NCBI GenBank assembly: GCA_963796105.1
Contig: CAWCKJ010000004.1
Coordinates: 768,001 to 832,000, forward strand
Length of the DNA: 64,000 nt
Origin: a candidate division FCPU426 bacterium
GTDB lineage: Bacteria; Oederibacteriota; Muellerivitia; Muellerivitales; Muellerivitaceae
Direction: 5' to 3'
Under the pieces are notes generated by a model that worked only from the letters and a program-made list of their open reading frames with translations, ran no database searches and had not been told where the DNA came from. This document shows, piece after piece, positions 19,950-28,335 of this stretch. Position numbers and translations under genes: made by a program. Each line of letters begins with the position of its first letter. Positions within the stretch are counted from its first letter, which is position 1.

Positions 19950-21554
19950 TCAACATTTAACAACTGCCTTGATGGAGGCTAATTCCGCCTCGGCCTTCAG
20001 CCTGAAAATATCCGCGTCGAGCCGGGCCAGGACCACGTTCCTGAATTTCCCGAAATGAAGGTAAAGGGCCATGAGGGATATGGCGCTGTTCAGGGCCCTG
20101 GGATTCCTGAAGAGTGTGGAGAGGATGACCTTCACGTAATGGTAGGCGGCTACGGGGTTGAATCCGAACTTGACGGAAAGGTTGAGCAAGGCCCTCATTT
20201 CCTTGATCTTCCTGAGGAAAGGCGTGCGGAACTGGTGGTTGGAACGGTTCAATTCCAGGGCCATGCGCTGGATGCGCCCGAAATATTTCCCCGCCGAGAA
20301 TGTTTCCTTAATAACCCTGCGGAAATCCTTCAGGATCTCGAACTTCGGCCTCAAGGTGGTGAAATTAAGCCCCGTCGTGCATTGGCAGGTGGCGTTGGCG
20401 GCGGGGACATCGAAAGTTTCGTCCAACCGGCCTTCCCGGCGCAGGCGGCGGGTCATTTGGGTGTTGGGCAGGGCGTACAAAAGGCCCACCATGCTCACGG
20501 GGATGTTGGTGTCCTCGATATTGTCCAGGAGGGCCTGGGCCACGCTTCCCTTCTCGCCGTCGAACCCCACGATATAGCCCGCGTGCACGACCATCCCGTG
20601 CTGGTTGATCCGCTGGACGCTTTCCGCGATGGACCTTCGGGTGTTCTGGCCCTTCTGGGTGGCTTTGAGCGTCTCCTCATTCGGCGTCTCGATGCCCGTG
20701 AAAACCCAGCTGAAGCCCGCTTCCTTCATCAGGTCCATGAGGGGCGAATCGTCGGAAAGGTTCAGGGAGGCCTCGGTGGAAAGGTCGAAGGGATGGCGGT
20801 GCTCCCTCTGCCATTGGATGATGGAAGGCAGGAGTTCCTTGACGGCTTTCTTGTTTCCGATGAAATTATCGTCCACGATCTCCACGTGCCCCCGGTAGCC
20901 CAGGTCGTAGATCTTCTGGAGCTCCAAAAGCACCTGTCCGGGGCTCTTGCCTCTGGGCACCCGGCCGAAAAGCTCGATGATGTCGCAGAACTCGCACAGG
21001 AAGGGACAACCCCGGTTCCATTGGATGGCCACATGGAGGTATTTCTTGAGTTTCAGGAGCTCGAACCTCGGGGCGGGGCTTTTCGTCATATCGGCCTTGC
21101 GCCCTCCCGCCTCATAGAGGTGCCTGGGCTTGCCCCTTTGGAAATCCTCCAAGAACTCCGGGAAGGTGATTTCCGCCTCCCCCAGGACTAGATGGTCGGC
21201 CCGGTCGTAAACGTGTGGGCTGGAGCTGGGGTCGGGTCCCCCCACGATGACCTTTTTCTTGAGGGCCTTGAAAAAGCCGATCAAGCGCAGGTGGTCCGGC
21301 TGTTGGAAGATCATGCCGCTGATGAAAACCGTGTCCGCCCAGGCCACATCCCGGGCCTTGAGCTTTTCCACGTTCAAGTCGATGAGCTTGACCCGCCAGG
21401 CGGGGGGAAACATGGCGGCCACCGTGATGAGGCCCAGGGGGGCGGTGGGGTACTTGGCCCCCATCAGCTCGCAGGCTTCCTTATAGTTCCAGAAGGACTG
21501 GGCGGTGAACTTGGGATAGATGAGCAAACAACGGTTAACTTGGTTTTCCAGCAT
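19950..21554 (-). CDS. B12-binding domain radical SAM protein (DUF4070 type)
   Basis: PLGLITVA and VGGP B12-binding motifs; RGCPFLCEFC cluster motif; VDDNFIG and GIET. ATG 21554 follows GGAGG. Confidence 0.92.
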   Translation of the reverse strand: MLENQVNRCLLIYPKFTAQSFWNYKEACELMGAKYPTAPLGLITVAAMFPPAWRVKLIDLNVEKLKARDVAWADTVFISGMIFQQPDHLRLIGFFKALKKKVIVGGPDPSSSPHVYDRADHLVLGEAEITFPEFLEDFQRGKPRHLYEAGGRKADMTKSPAPRFELLKLKKYLHVAIQWNRGCPFLCEFCDIIELFGRVPRGKSPGQVLLELQKIYDLGYRGHVEIVDDNFIGNKKAVKELLPSIIQWQREHRHPFDLSTEASLNLSDDSPLMDLMKEAGFSWVFTGIETPNEETLKATQKGQNTRRSIAESVQRINQHGMVVHAGYIVGFDGEKGSVAQALLDNIEDTNIPVSMVGLLYALPNTQMTRRLRREGRLDETFDVPAANATCQCTTGLNFTTLRPKFEILKDFRRVIKETFSAGKYFGRIQRMALELNRSNHQFRTPFLRKIKEMRALLNLSVKFGFNPVAAYHYVKVILSTLFRNPRALNSAISLMALYLHFGKFRNVVLARLDADIFRLKAEAELASIKAVVKC

Positions 21555-21973
21555 GGATGCCTCCATAGGGGACTCAACCGGCCTGCGGGGAAACTCTGCG
21601 GAATAAGCGGCGGATTCGGGGTCGAAGAAGTCTTTATTCACTATAGACCTAATGGGGGATAAGGGGGGATAAAAAGGACAATGTAAAATGAACAATTGAG
21701 AATGAACGATTAAACAACGGAACCGAGAGACCCGGCGAACAACTATGTTGATTCACGTGCCAGCCTTCCATAAAGCTTTTACAGAGGCTGGTACAGTACC
21801 GATCTCTATAATATTTTTATAGATTATCGGCATGAATTAAGAGGATTCCAGTGGATTGGCTTAAGATGAAAAACAATGAACCCATTCGAACCCCTCGCAT
21901 CACGGCATAGGGTAGGAGCTTCGGGTGACCAATTGGGCTAGGTTCCATTCCCCGCCCAAGTACACGGCTAGGC

Positions 21974-21991
21974 CCCCGGGCTTGCCCGGGG
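21974..21991. repeat. GC-rich REP/IS200-end-like hairpin
   Basis: CCCCGGG-CTTG-CCCGGGG, a perfect stem with a CTTG loop, intergenic. Confidence 0.45.
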
Positions 21992-22101
21992 TCTTGGCAG
22001 CCGGTAAAATCATATCAACTGCCGGAGTTAGGGCCGGCGATCATTCCCGATCCTGGCGGACACAAGGGCCGCTGATAAATTAAAACTAATGGGAGGCTTT
22101 T

Positions 22102-22638
22102 ATGACCCACCTTGAAAACACCGGCGCGCCAGTCGAAACCGAGCTTCTGGTTTCCTTCACCGGACTCGCTGGATTCAACCGGAAATTCGTCCTGCCGGGC
22201 CAAGACCGTCTCGTCTTCGACGCCATGAGGGATTACTTCGCCTGGAGCGGCGCCCTCATCCAAGGACTTGGCGGAACCGTGGTCAAGTGCATCGGGGACG
22301 CCATGCTGCTGGCCTTTCCCGAGGATGCCGCAAGCCTGGGGGTGGCGGCCCTGATGGAACTGAAAACCCAAGGGGACGCCTGGTTGGAACAAAGGCGGAT
22401 CCCTTGCCAGCACCAGATCAAAGCCCATCTTGGCCCGGTTGTCGTCGGCCCCATCGGGGCGCCGGGCCATGAGCGCCTGGACGTCTACGGGAAGACTGTG
22501 AATGTCTGCGCCACCTTGGAGAACGGCCCCTTCGTGCTGACACCCCAGGTGTTTCGGGCGCTGGATGAGGGCACCCGGCGGCATTTCAAGAAACACACCC
22601 CGCCGGTGACCTACATCCGGGTTGAGGACAGGCATTAA
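22102..22638 (+). CDS. Class III nucleotidyl cyclase-like protein, degenerate
   Basis: GGTVVKCIGDA, HLGPV and DVYGKTVN motifs; RBS GGAGG. Confidence 0.75.
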   Translation: MTHLENTGAPVETELLVSFTGLAGFNRKFVLPGQDRLVFDAMRDYFAWSGALIQGLGGTVVKCIGDAMLLAFPEDAASLGVAALMELKTQGDAWLEQRRIPCQHQIKAHLGPVVVGPIGAPGHERLDVYGKTVNVCATLENGPFVLTPQVFRALDEGTRRHFKKHTPPVTYIRVEDRH

Positions 22639-22855
22639 AGAATGAAAAATGAATAATGGACAATGAACGGATTCGACGGGTTCGATGAACTCACCGCAGG
22701 CTCTCTACATGCGCTCACCGAGGGCAAACCAAAACATCAATTTTGAATCTTCCGAGAGAATAAGGAAAGTTTTTAACTTTTAATTCCGAAATCGGGTTAA
22801 TCGAACATCCCGCTTTTTAGCGGACTTCGTTTTAAATTAAGAACTTCCAAAAAAA

Positions 22856-22960
22856 CTTTCACCACAGGCTGCCTATGGCAGCGCACAGAGGCACCGTAGG
22901 ATAAAACCTTAATGTTTTAACGCCATAAACCCAACAACTTATTTCGGTGCGAAGCTCCAC
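22856..22960. repeat. TTTCACCACAG-family palindromic repeat, copy 1
   Basis: CTTTCACCACAGGCT is identical to 26629-26643; contains hairpin GCTGCC-TAT-GGCAGC; GGTGCGAAGC is shared with 26709-26718. Confidence 0.6.
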
Positions 22961-23203
22961 GGTTTAAAGAAGTAACTTTGCTAGAGCCTCTAAGTTTGGT
23001 TTCATCCGCCGAAATCAATTGAACGTTTTCTGAAAGCACATGCCTCCCGAAAACAGTAAAACGTGCTTCCCATATAAAGGCCCTTTACCCTTCTTTTCGC
23101 CAGGCGCCGGTGCTAATTTTGATTTGAAGGAAGATTCATCCACCGACAACCTACGCCAGCCCGCTTGAAATACGGCATCATTCCCAACCCCAAGGAGGAG
23201 AAT

Positions 23204-25273
23204 ATGCGGAGTCTTCAAGCGGCCCCGGTACCGGAATCCCACAAACTGCTTTTTCCCCAGCTCATACGTGATTTCAAAACCGCGCTCAATTACGTTTCCT
23301 TTTACTCAGTCGACAGCCCCTTCGTCCTGCAGGCGGTGCAGAAACTTTTCAAGGGATTACAGCGCCTCCTGATGGGAGTGGGGACCGTCGTGATCCGCGC
23401 GCAAGGCGGGCGGCTCTTCCTGAACGACACGGATTTTTCCGATTGCGACGAGCTCCTAAAGGATATCGAGGACAAGAATATTTTGGGACTGGTTTTGGAA
23501 AAAGGCCTCACCCAGGGGGAACTCGTCCGCTGGCTCAAGCACCTCACCCTTCCCGTCTCCCGCATGGACGAAGATCCTTCCTCGGACACCCCCTTGGCCC
23601 TGCGCGCCCTCTCGGCGGACGAGATGGTCCAGGTCCAAACGGCAGAGGCCGAAACCGTCCACGTCGAGGAGCGGTCCCCGGATTTGGACAAGCTTCTCGA
23701 ACCCCCGACGCTCGCGGTGCCCGTCATGGAAAATCTTCTCAAAGAACCCCCAATCCCTCCACCCTCCACCGCCGCGCCGACCCTCCCTGTTCCCGTGAAC
23801 GAGGCCCTCTTGAGCTTCGTCGCGGAGGCCTGGCAGCACGCCCAAACCCAGAGGAAAATGGTGGATACCTCAACCGAAATGACCACCCTGGCCGAGTCCT
23901 TCGAGAAATTGTTCGACCGCCTCCTGGACCGAGTGGAAAAAACCTCGCCCGAGTTCGCGGGGGTCTGCCAATGGTTCAAGGCCTCCCCGGGGGAATTCCT
24001 GGAGAAGCAGACGGTGGCTTCCATGTACCCCCTGCTGGAAACGGCGGTGAGGAATGGATGGACGGGGGTTTTGTTCGATCCCGCCACCGAGGGCCTGGTG
24101 GGGGAGTGCCTGGCCTACTGGGGGGCGCAGGGGAAGAGCGACCTGGTGGAGAAAACCGTGGCCGGGCTCTCCGATGGATTCTCGGGGGACCCGCTGGAAA
24201 GGGAGTTAGCTCTCATTCATCTCATGGACGCCAGGCCCTGGATCTCCAACGGCAAACTCTTGGGAATGGTGCTGGACCGCTTGAATTCCCTCCTGGCCAA
24301 CGAGACCTTCCCGGGGCTCTACCAAAGCGGATTGCTCCTGGCCTGGGACCTGACGGGTCCCGCCTTGGCCGAGGAAAACGAGCCGGCTGTCCTGACGCTC
24401 CTATCCACGCTCCACTTCCACGCCGACGAGGACTTGACCTCTTTCCCCGAGAGGAACCGGATCGCGCGCCACTGGCTTTTCGAGCGCTCCACGCCGGAGA
24501 TGATCAGGCGCTTCACGCAATGCGCCTTTCGCGCGGGGCAGTTAAGCCATTACCCCCTCCTGGGGGACATGGCCGCGAAACTTCTCGTGGCAGACTACTT
24601 CGCGGCGGCGGCCCCCGAGAGGGCGGTGTTCCTGCAGATGTTTTCCGAGATGAGGGAATCCATCAACAACTTCCTGGCGGAGCGCCTCCCCGATTTGAGG
24701 GACGAGGAGGAAGTCAGGGCCTTGATCCCCATAGTCCGGGTCAGCGGGTTGGACGCGGGCCTCTCCCTCCAGTTCTGTCCCTGGCTGAGCAAGGGAAGCA
24801 GGGAGCTCAAGCAGGACTTGATCAGCATGATCGAGGAGGTGAAGAAACCCGGAGGGGGACCGGCCCTGCGTCTGGCCTTGTTCGACGACTCGGAGGAAAT
24901 CGCCGCCATGGCGGCGCGGGTGGCGGGAAAGATCGGCTTCAAGCCGGCCCTGAACCTGTTGGTGAAGGCCGCCAAGATCCGGGAGAAGCATTTCCCGAAC
25001 AACGACCTTTTCCTGGCCTCCGTCTGCCAGGCCCTGGGGGACTTGGGAAGCCCTGAGGCGCTTCCGACCCTGCTCGACATCGCCCGTAAGAAACCCCTCT
25101 TGAAGGGACGGACCTACGCGCTTCCCGTCAGGCTCGCGGCGATCCAGGCCTTGACCCGGTTGAACCAGCCCGAGGGCTGGCAGTTCGTGGAATCGCTGGT
25201 GGAAGAGAAGAACGAGCAACTGCAGGAAGGTTTGGAGAAGATCCTCCAGGACAAGAACGAATTTTCAGCCTGA
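23204..25273 (+). CDS. HEAT-repeat domain protein
   Basis: Helical protein with C-terminal HEAT-like repeats (AARVAGKIG, VCQALGDLGSPEALPTL, VRLAAIQAL); RBS AAGGAGG before ATG 23204. Confidence 0.7.
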   Translation: MRSLQAAPVPESHKLLFPQLIRDFKTALNYVSFYSVDSPFVLQAVQKLFKGLQRLLMGVGTVVIRAQGGRLFLNDTDFSDCDELLKDIEDKNILGLVLEKGLTQGELVRWLKHLTLPVSRMDEDPSSDTPLALRALSADEMVQVQTAEAETVHVEERSPDLDKLLEPPTLAVPVMENLLKEPPIPPPSTAAPTLPVPVNEALLSFVAEAWQHAQTQRKMVDTSTEMTTLAESFEKLFDRLLDRVEKTSPEFAGVCQWFKASPGEFLEKQTVASMYPLLETAVRNGWTGVLFDPATEGLVGECLAYWGAQGKSDLVEKTVAGLSDGFSGDPLERELALIHLMDARPWISNGKLLGMVLDRLNSLLANETFPGLYQSGLLLAWDLTGPALAEENEPAVLTLLSTLHFHADEDLTSFPERNRIARHWLFERSTPEMIRRFTQCAFRAGQLSHYPLLGDMAAKLLVADYFAAAAPERAVFLQMFSEMRESINNFLAERLPDLRDEEEVRALIPIVRVSGLDAGLSLQFCPWLSKGSRELKQDLISMIEEVKKPGGGPALRLALFDDSEEIAAMAARVAGKIGFKPALNLLVKAAKIREKHFPNNDLFLASVCQALGDLGSPEALPTLLDIARKKPLLKGRTYALPVRLAAIQALTRLNQPEGWQFVESLVEEKNEQLQEGLEKILQDKNEFSA

Positions 25274-25291
25274 GAAGGATCACGGAGGTAA

Positions 25292-25334
25292 GCGCCCGGC
25301 GGGTGAGTCAATCCCCGCCGGGCGTGTTATTTAT
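25292..25334 (+). terminator. Intrinsic terminator-like hairpin between convergent genes
   Basis: GCGCCCGGCGGG ... CCCGCCGGGCGT followed by GTTATTTAT. Confidence 0.6.
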
Positions 25335-25358
25335 GGGCCTTTTATTGAATGAACCAGC

Positions 25359-25598
25359 TTACCGCCCGCTGCCCATGACTTCCCCCGCGGCCTCGGCGCC
25401 CTGGACAGCCTGGCCCGCCGGGGAAGCCGCGATGGGCTTGCCCCCGTTCAAGGTGACGGCGGCGGTATCCGCGCTGATGGGGCCTAAAAAGCCGAAGTAC
25501 TTGAGAGCGTAGTAGCCTCCCCCGACCAGGATCGCGATCAATATCAAAGTCTGGAAGACCCCTCCCCTCTCGTTATTCACTAGATTTGGGGTTGTCAT
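25359..25598 (-). CDS. Small single-TM protein with a prepilin-like N-terminus
   Basis: NNERG|GVFQTLILIAILVGGGYYAL; RBS GGAG upstream. Confidence 0.55.
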   Translation of the reverse strand: MTTPNLVNNERGGVFQTLILIAILVGGGYYALKYFGFLGPISADTAAVTLNGGKPIAASPAGQAVQGAEAAGEVMGSGR

Positions 25599-25735
25599 GG
25601 CGCACTCCTATGGAAATTTATTGATATACGATCATACCACTTACCCAGGGCAAATCCGAGTTCCTCCCAACCTCTGTGTCCAAAAAGAATTTATGGGGTT
25701 TATTTTTTTCCGAAACTCCGTATCCTGTTTCGCAC

Positions 25736-26623
25736 ATGAAACCCTCATCCCTATCGCCTTTAAAAACCCCGGCTTTTCTTTTGAACCCCCATCCCAAGCA
25801 TCTTTTCCGGGACGCGGTTCAAAAACTTCCCATGAACGGCATCCACACCATCTGCGAGGAGGCCAAGTGCCCCAACCGCGGGGAATGCCTTCCCAAGCAC
25901 GGAACCCTTTCCATCATGGTCATGGGATCCATCTGCACCAGGGGATGCCCCTTTTGCGCCGTCACGACAGGGAAGCCCCTGCCCTTGGACCCAGGGGAGC
26001 CCCAAAAGGTGGTGGAGATCGCCAGGGCCTTGGGGGTCCGCTACTTGGTCATGACCTCCCCCAACCGTGACGAACTGCCGGACGGGGGCGCCTACCAGTA
26101 CACGAGAATCGTGTCGGCCTTGAGGGAGTCCCTGCCTTCCTTGAGAATCGAGATTTTGGCCCCGGATTTCCAAGGCAGAGAATCCTCCTATGGAATCCTT
26201 CTGGAGAATCCGCCGGACGTCTTGGCCCACGACCTTCAAACCGTTCCCAGGCTTTACCAAAACATTCGTCCCGGCGCCGATTACGAAAGATCCTTGGGGT
26301 TTTTCCGCTGGTTCAAGGAAAATTCGGACCCAACCCGGATGTCACTCAAGGGCGGGCTCATGGTGGGCTTTGGGGAAAGGGAGGAAGAGGTGGAAGAGGT
26401 GCTTGCCGGCGCCGCGAGGGCCGGGGCGAAATTCTTCACCATTGGGCAATACCTGAAGCCTCCCGGCTCCACCCTGGAAGTGGCGGAATACGTCCCACTG
26501 GAGCGCTATCAGCGTTGGACGAAGGCCGGGGAGAGGCTGGGGCTGAGCGTCCAGGCGTCCCCCTTGACCCGCTCCAGCTACCTGGCGGAGCGTCTCGCTG
26601 GCCAAAATACCAAGGACTTCTAA
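25736..26623 (+). CDS. lipA: Lipoyl synthase
   Basis: CEEAKCPNRGEC auxiliary-cluster motif, CTRGCPFC SAM-cluster motif, TIGQYL and C-terminal RSSY. Confidence 0.95.
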   Translation: MKPSSLSPLKTPAFLLNPHPKHLFRDAVQKLPMNGIHTICEEAKCPNRGECLPKHGTLSIMVMGSICTRGCPFCAVTTGKPLPLDPGEPQKVVEIARALGVRYLVMTSPNRDELPDGGAYQYTRIVSALRESLPSLRIEILAPDFQGRESSYGILLENPPDVLAHDLQTVPRLYQNIRPGADYERSLGFFRWFKENSDPTRMSLKGGLMVGFGEREEEVEEVLAGAARAGAKFFTIGQYLKPPGSTLEVAEYVPLERYQRWTKAGERLGLSVQASPLTRSSYLAERLAGQNTKDF

Positions 26624-26628
26624 TAAAG

Positions 26629-26733
26629 CTTTCACCACAGGCTCTTGTTTTAGATTTAAAAATCTTTTTGAATAATAGCCAATAAAATGTAAAACCATGC
26701 CTCTGTGTGGTGCGAAGCACCACTGTGGTGAAA
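26629..26733. repeat. TTTCACCACAG-family palindromic repeat, copy 2 (REP/REPIN-like)
   Basis: TTTCACCACAG (26630-26640) is inverted to CTGTGGTGAAA (26723-26733); internal hairpin GTGGTGC-GAA-GCACCAC. Confidence 0.7.
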
Positions 26734-26778
26734 TTCCTTTGCTTTAAATATTTTCCCAATATTGGATAAAATTCAAAT

Positions 26779-27099
26779 ATGCCCCAAACATCCGAATCGA
26801 AATACTTCATCACGGTCTATACCGACAAAAAGAAGCCCCTCCTGGAGGGGCCCTTGAAAGGCCTGGCCGAGAAGGGCTTGAAAAGGCTCACCCAGCGTTT
26901 CCCCGGCTTGAGGATCTCCCGTCAGGCTTTTTTCCCGGAGCGGGTGGAATTCTTATTGGATTTCGCGCGCCTGGACGAGGACCTTCCTCGCGTGGTCCAG
27001 TTCTTCAAGTTCGAGGTGAAGGACCAGGCCAAGAAGAAGGGTTTCCAGGGGGAGTCGCTCTGGCAGTGGAATTACGACGTGGTTGAGATTCCTTTTTAA
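26779..27099 (+). CDS. Y1/HUH transposase-like (RAYT/IS200 TnpA fold) protein lacking catalytic residues
   Basis: YFITVYT..KKP, VVQFFK and LWQWNY match the TnpA scaffold; the HUH position reads PERVE instead of PDHVH. Confidence 0.65.
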   Translation: MPQTSESKYFITVYTDKKKPLLEGPLKGLAEKGLKRLTQRFPGLRISRQAFFPERVEFLLDFARLDEDLPRVVQFFKFEVKDQAKKKGFQGESLWQWNYDVVEIPF

Positions 27100-27656
27100 G
27101 CTGGCCGCGAATCCGGCAAGATTTCAGAGGAATGGATCAGGGTAATCCCGTTTCGCCGCATCTGGGCCAGGGCCTTCTCCCCGTCCCCCGGCTTGGCGTT
27201 CACCGCGGCCACGGCGTCCTCGATGACGAAAGTCTCGAATCCCTTCCGGTCCGAGTCCAGTGCCGTCGCTTTGACGCAGTAATCGGTGGCGAGCCCCGCC
27301 AGAAAAAGCTCGTTGACGTCCTTCTCCCTCAGGTACTTGTCCAGGTCCTTGCTGGTGGCCTCGAAGGCCGAGTAGCCGTCGTCCTTGTTGTTGGTTCCCT
27401 TCAGGAAGGTTTCCTGGATTTTTTTCGCGTCGAGGGCGGGATGGAACTCCGCGCCGGGCGTGTTCTGGACGCAATGGGGCGGCCATTTCTTGAAATGCGC
27501 GCTTCCCGCGGGATGCCAGGACTTGGAGGCGATCACCAGGGGGAAGGAGGCCATCAGGGAGTTGATGACCGGCACCACCTTGTCCCCCTCGGGAACCGCG
27601 AGGGTTCCGCCGGGGCAGAAGTCGTTTTGAACGTCCAAGATCAATAAGGCTTTCAT
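27096..27656 (-). CDS. pncA: Nicotinamidase/pyrazinamidase
   Basis: DVQNDFCPGG, WPPHCVQ, KG...YSAF and GLATDYCV motifs. Confidence 0.92.
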   Translation of the reverse strand: MKALLILDVQNDFCPGGTLAVPEGDKVVPVINSLMASFPLVIASKSWHPAGSAHFKKWPPHCVQNTPGAEFHPALDAKKIQETFLKGTNNKDDGYSAFEATSKDLDKYLREKDVNELFLAGLATDYCVKATALDSDRKGFETFVIEDAVAAVNAKPGDGEKALAQMRRNGITLIHSSEILPDSRPA

Positions 27657-27689
27657 TTAACCTCCCTTCAAGCGGTTCCTAATGAGGTT

Positions 27690-27995
27690 CTATAAAATCT
27701 CATCCAAAAGACGCGAGCCATGAAGAACCCGGTGTATTTCGGTTTTTTTATTTTGAACAACGTAAAAAACAAGATAATCCTCAAGTATCAAGACACGATA
27801 ACCAAGCCGTTTTAATTTTTCGTGCCGGGGTATCCGGCCCATTAATGGGTGGGATTCCAAATGCCCAATCCGTTTGGCCAAAGCCTCCACAAAATTCAAG
27901 GCGCGGGCGGGATTGTCTTTGGCGATCCAATCGACAATGGCCGTCAAGTCATCCTGGGCTATGGGAAGATACGTCAGGGAAATCTTATTTAGCAT
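27690..27995 (-). CDS. RelE/ParE-family toxin
   Basis: AQDDLxAI...HPLMGR...YRVL...YLVFY...IHRVLHG; lies downstream of a Phd antitoxin. Exact start uncertain. Confidence 0.88.
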   Translation of the reverse strand: MLNKISLTYLPIAQDDLTAIVDWIAKDNPARALNFVEALAKRIGHLESHPLMGRIPRHEKLKRLGYRVLILEDYLVFYVVQNKKTEIHRVLHGSRLLDEIL

Positions 27996-28254
27996 GAACG
28001 CGTTGTTTCAGGGCCTGAAGCATCTGAGTGTGGGAAATGCCCTTAACACCGGAAGCGGATTGGGATTGGGCTACTGAAAGTTTTTCAAAAAGATCCAATT
28101 CGGCCTTCAATTTTTCATAGTGTTCCATGCTCATGACCACTAAATCCCCCTCGCCGTTGGTGGTCAAATAAACAGGCTCATCCTGTTCATGACATAGGGT
28201 GGAAATTTTACGGGCGTGGTTCCGAAGACTGGAAATGGATTTGATGATGGCCAT
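27985..28254 (-). CDS. Phd/YefM-family antitoxin
   Basis: IKSISSLRN...EPVYLTTNG...VVMSMEHYE; RBS AAGGAG. Confidence 0.9.
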   Translation of the reverse strand: MAIIKSISSLRNHARKISTLCHEQDEPVYLTTNGEGDLVVMSMEHYEKLKAELDLFEKLSVAQSQSASGVKGISHTQMLQALKQRVHAK

Positions 28255-28335
28255 AAGCGCTTTGCTCCTTCATTGGGGATAAGCGCAAATTAACACCAAA
28301 TATTGATAATATCAAGGGACCTTTCCTGCGGAAAC

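Noticed and set aside
13667..20114. 126-bp repeat as a DGR template/variable repeat pair
   Set aside because: Only two mismatches, and on the coding strand they fall at T rather than A in the putative template; no reverse transcriptase in the window; a radical SAM enzyme is not a typical DGR target.
21700..22100. Riboswitch or tRNA in the radical SAM-cyclase intergenic region
   Set aside because: Hairpins are present, but I could not match cobalamin, SAM, c-di-GMP or tRNA consensus features by eye; an Infernal/Rfam scan would be decisive.
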